In this document: piece after piece, positions 63,820-64,000 of the stretch | Layout of the letters: every line of letters begins with the position of its first letter | Numbering within the stretch: position 1 is the first letter of the stretch | NCBI GenBank assembly: GCA_016207805.1 | Contig: JACQZO010000007.1 | Span: 1,964-65,963, forward strand | DNA from: Candidatus Abawacabacteria bacterium | GTDB lineage: Bacteria > Patescibacteriota > Gracilibacteria > RBG-16-42-10 | Length of the DNA stretch: 64,000 nucleotides | Reading direction: 5' to 3' | Position numbers and translations under genes: made by a program | The notes under the pieces: model-generated | Database searches by the model: none | What the model saw: only the letters and a program-made list of their open reading frames with translations | Told to the model about the DNA's origin: nothing

Positions 63820-64000
63820 TCATTTCTTTCTCAGTGTATTAATAAGCATAGCGCGAGTCTTCTCTAACCATCCAGTCGGCCCTTCCCCATATAATTCTTT
63901 CTTGATACCAAGCAAAAGTTCCACTGACAAAAACACCTCTTTGTCTACCAGCTTCGTAACGCTACCTGCCTTAATATAAATAACTTTATCAAGCACAAAA
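63820..64000 (-). CDS. C-terminal 60 codons of an unidentified protein (gene starts beyond the window end)
   Basis: Open frame on the minus strand from the window edge: ...FVLDKVIYIKAGSVTKLVDKEVFLSVELLLGIKKELYGEGPTGWLEKTRAMLINTLRKK, ending at TGA (63820-63822). Not in the ORF track and no recognisable motif. Confidence 0.4.
   Translation of the reverse strand, partial: FVLDKVIYIKAGSVTKLVDKEVFLSVELLLGIKKELYGEGPTGWLEKTRAMLINTLRKK

Overview
AT-rich, very gene-dense bacterial chromosome segment. It reads cleanly in the standard code: TGA is a stop, e.g. at 29712-29714 and 63820-63822. About 85% of genes are on the minus strand. I support about 62 CDS, 4 tRNAs (Gly-UCC, Pro-UGG, Val-UAC, Leu-GAG, all with encoded CCA), and no rRNA, CRISPR array, transposase, integrase or reverse transcriptase.

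Housekeeping backbone: glyQS (partial), rplY, hup, a SEDS protein (FtsW/RodA), rplS, rplU, lepA, pheS-pheT, family-4 UDG, rpsO-pnp, tsaE, ftsX-like, tatD, prfA and rpmE.

Other annotated content:
- an ABC importer/exporter-like cluster with duplicated permease pairs
- three SLH-domain envelope proteins
- several small stand-alone nucleases (GIY-YIG, DUF559, YraN)
- NUDIX, MazG and HD nucleotide hydrolases
- an orphan T4CP-like ATPase

The overall gene content (many unknowns, ribosomal proteins with low-complexity tails, SLH proteins, orphan T4CP-like ATPase) suggests a small-genome CPR/Patescibacteria-like organism. That is inference only.

Most interesting items:
1. A tight three-gene operon at 48831-58426. 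It encodes a 1354-aa protein ending in a MoxR/AAA_5-like AAA+ module with non-canonical Walker motifs, a 1112-aa transglutaminase-core / acidic coiled-coil / vWA(MIDAS) protein, and a 725-aa lipoprotein with lytic-transglycosylase (ES...GIMQ...AYHSG) and M15-like (SAHLTGAAID...H) motifs.
2. Two copies of a ~135-140 nt GC-rich, hairpin-rich element that starts exactly after the encoded CCA of tRNA-Val and tRNA-Leu.
3. A pervasive family of short tandem arrays with strict 7-nt periodicity in intergenic spacers. One of them lies inside a CDS.

All calls come from reading the sequence and ORF translations by eye. No database search, GC computation or RNA folding was run.
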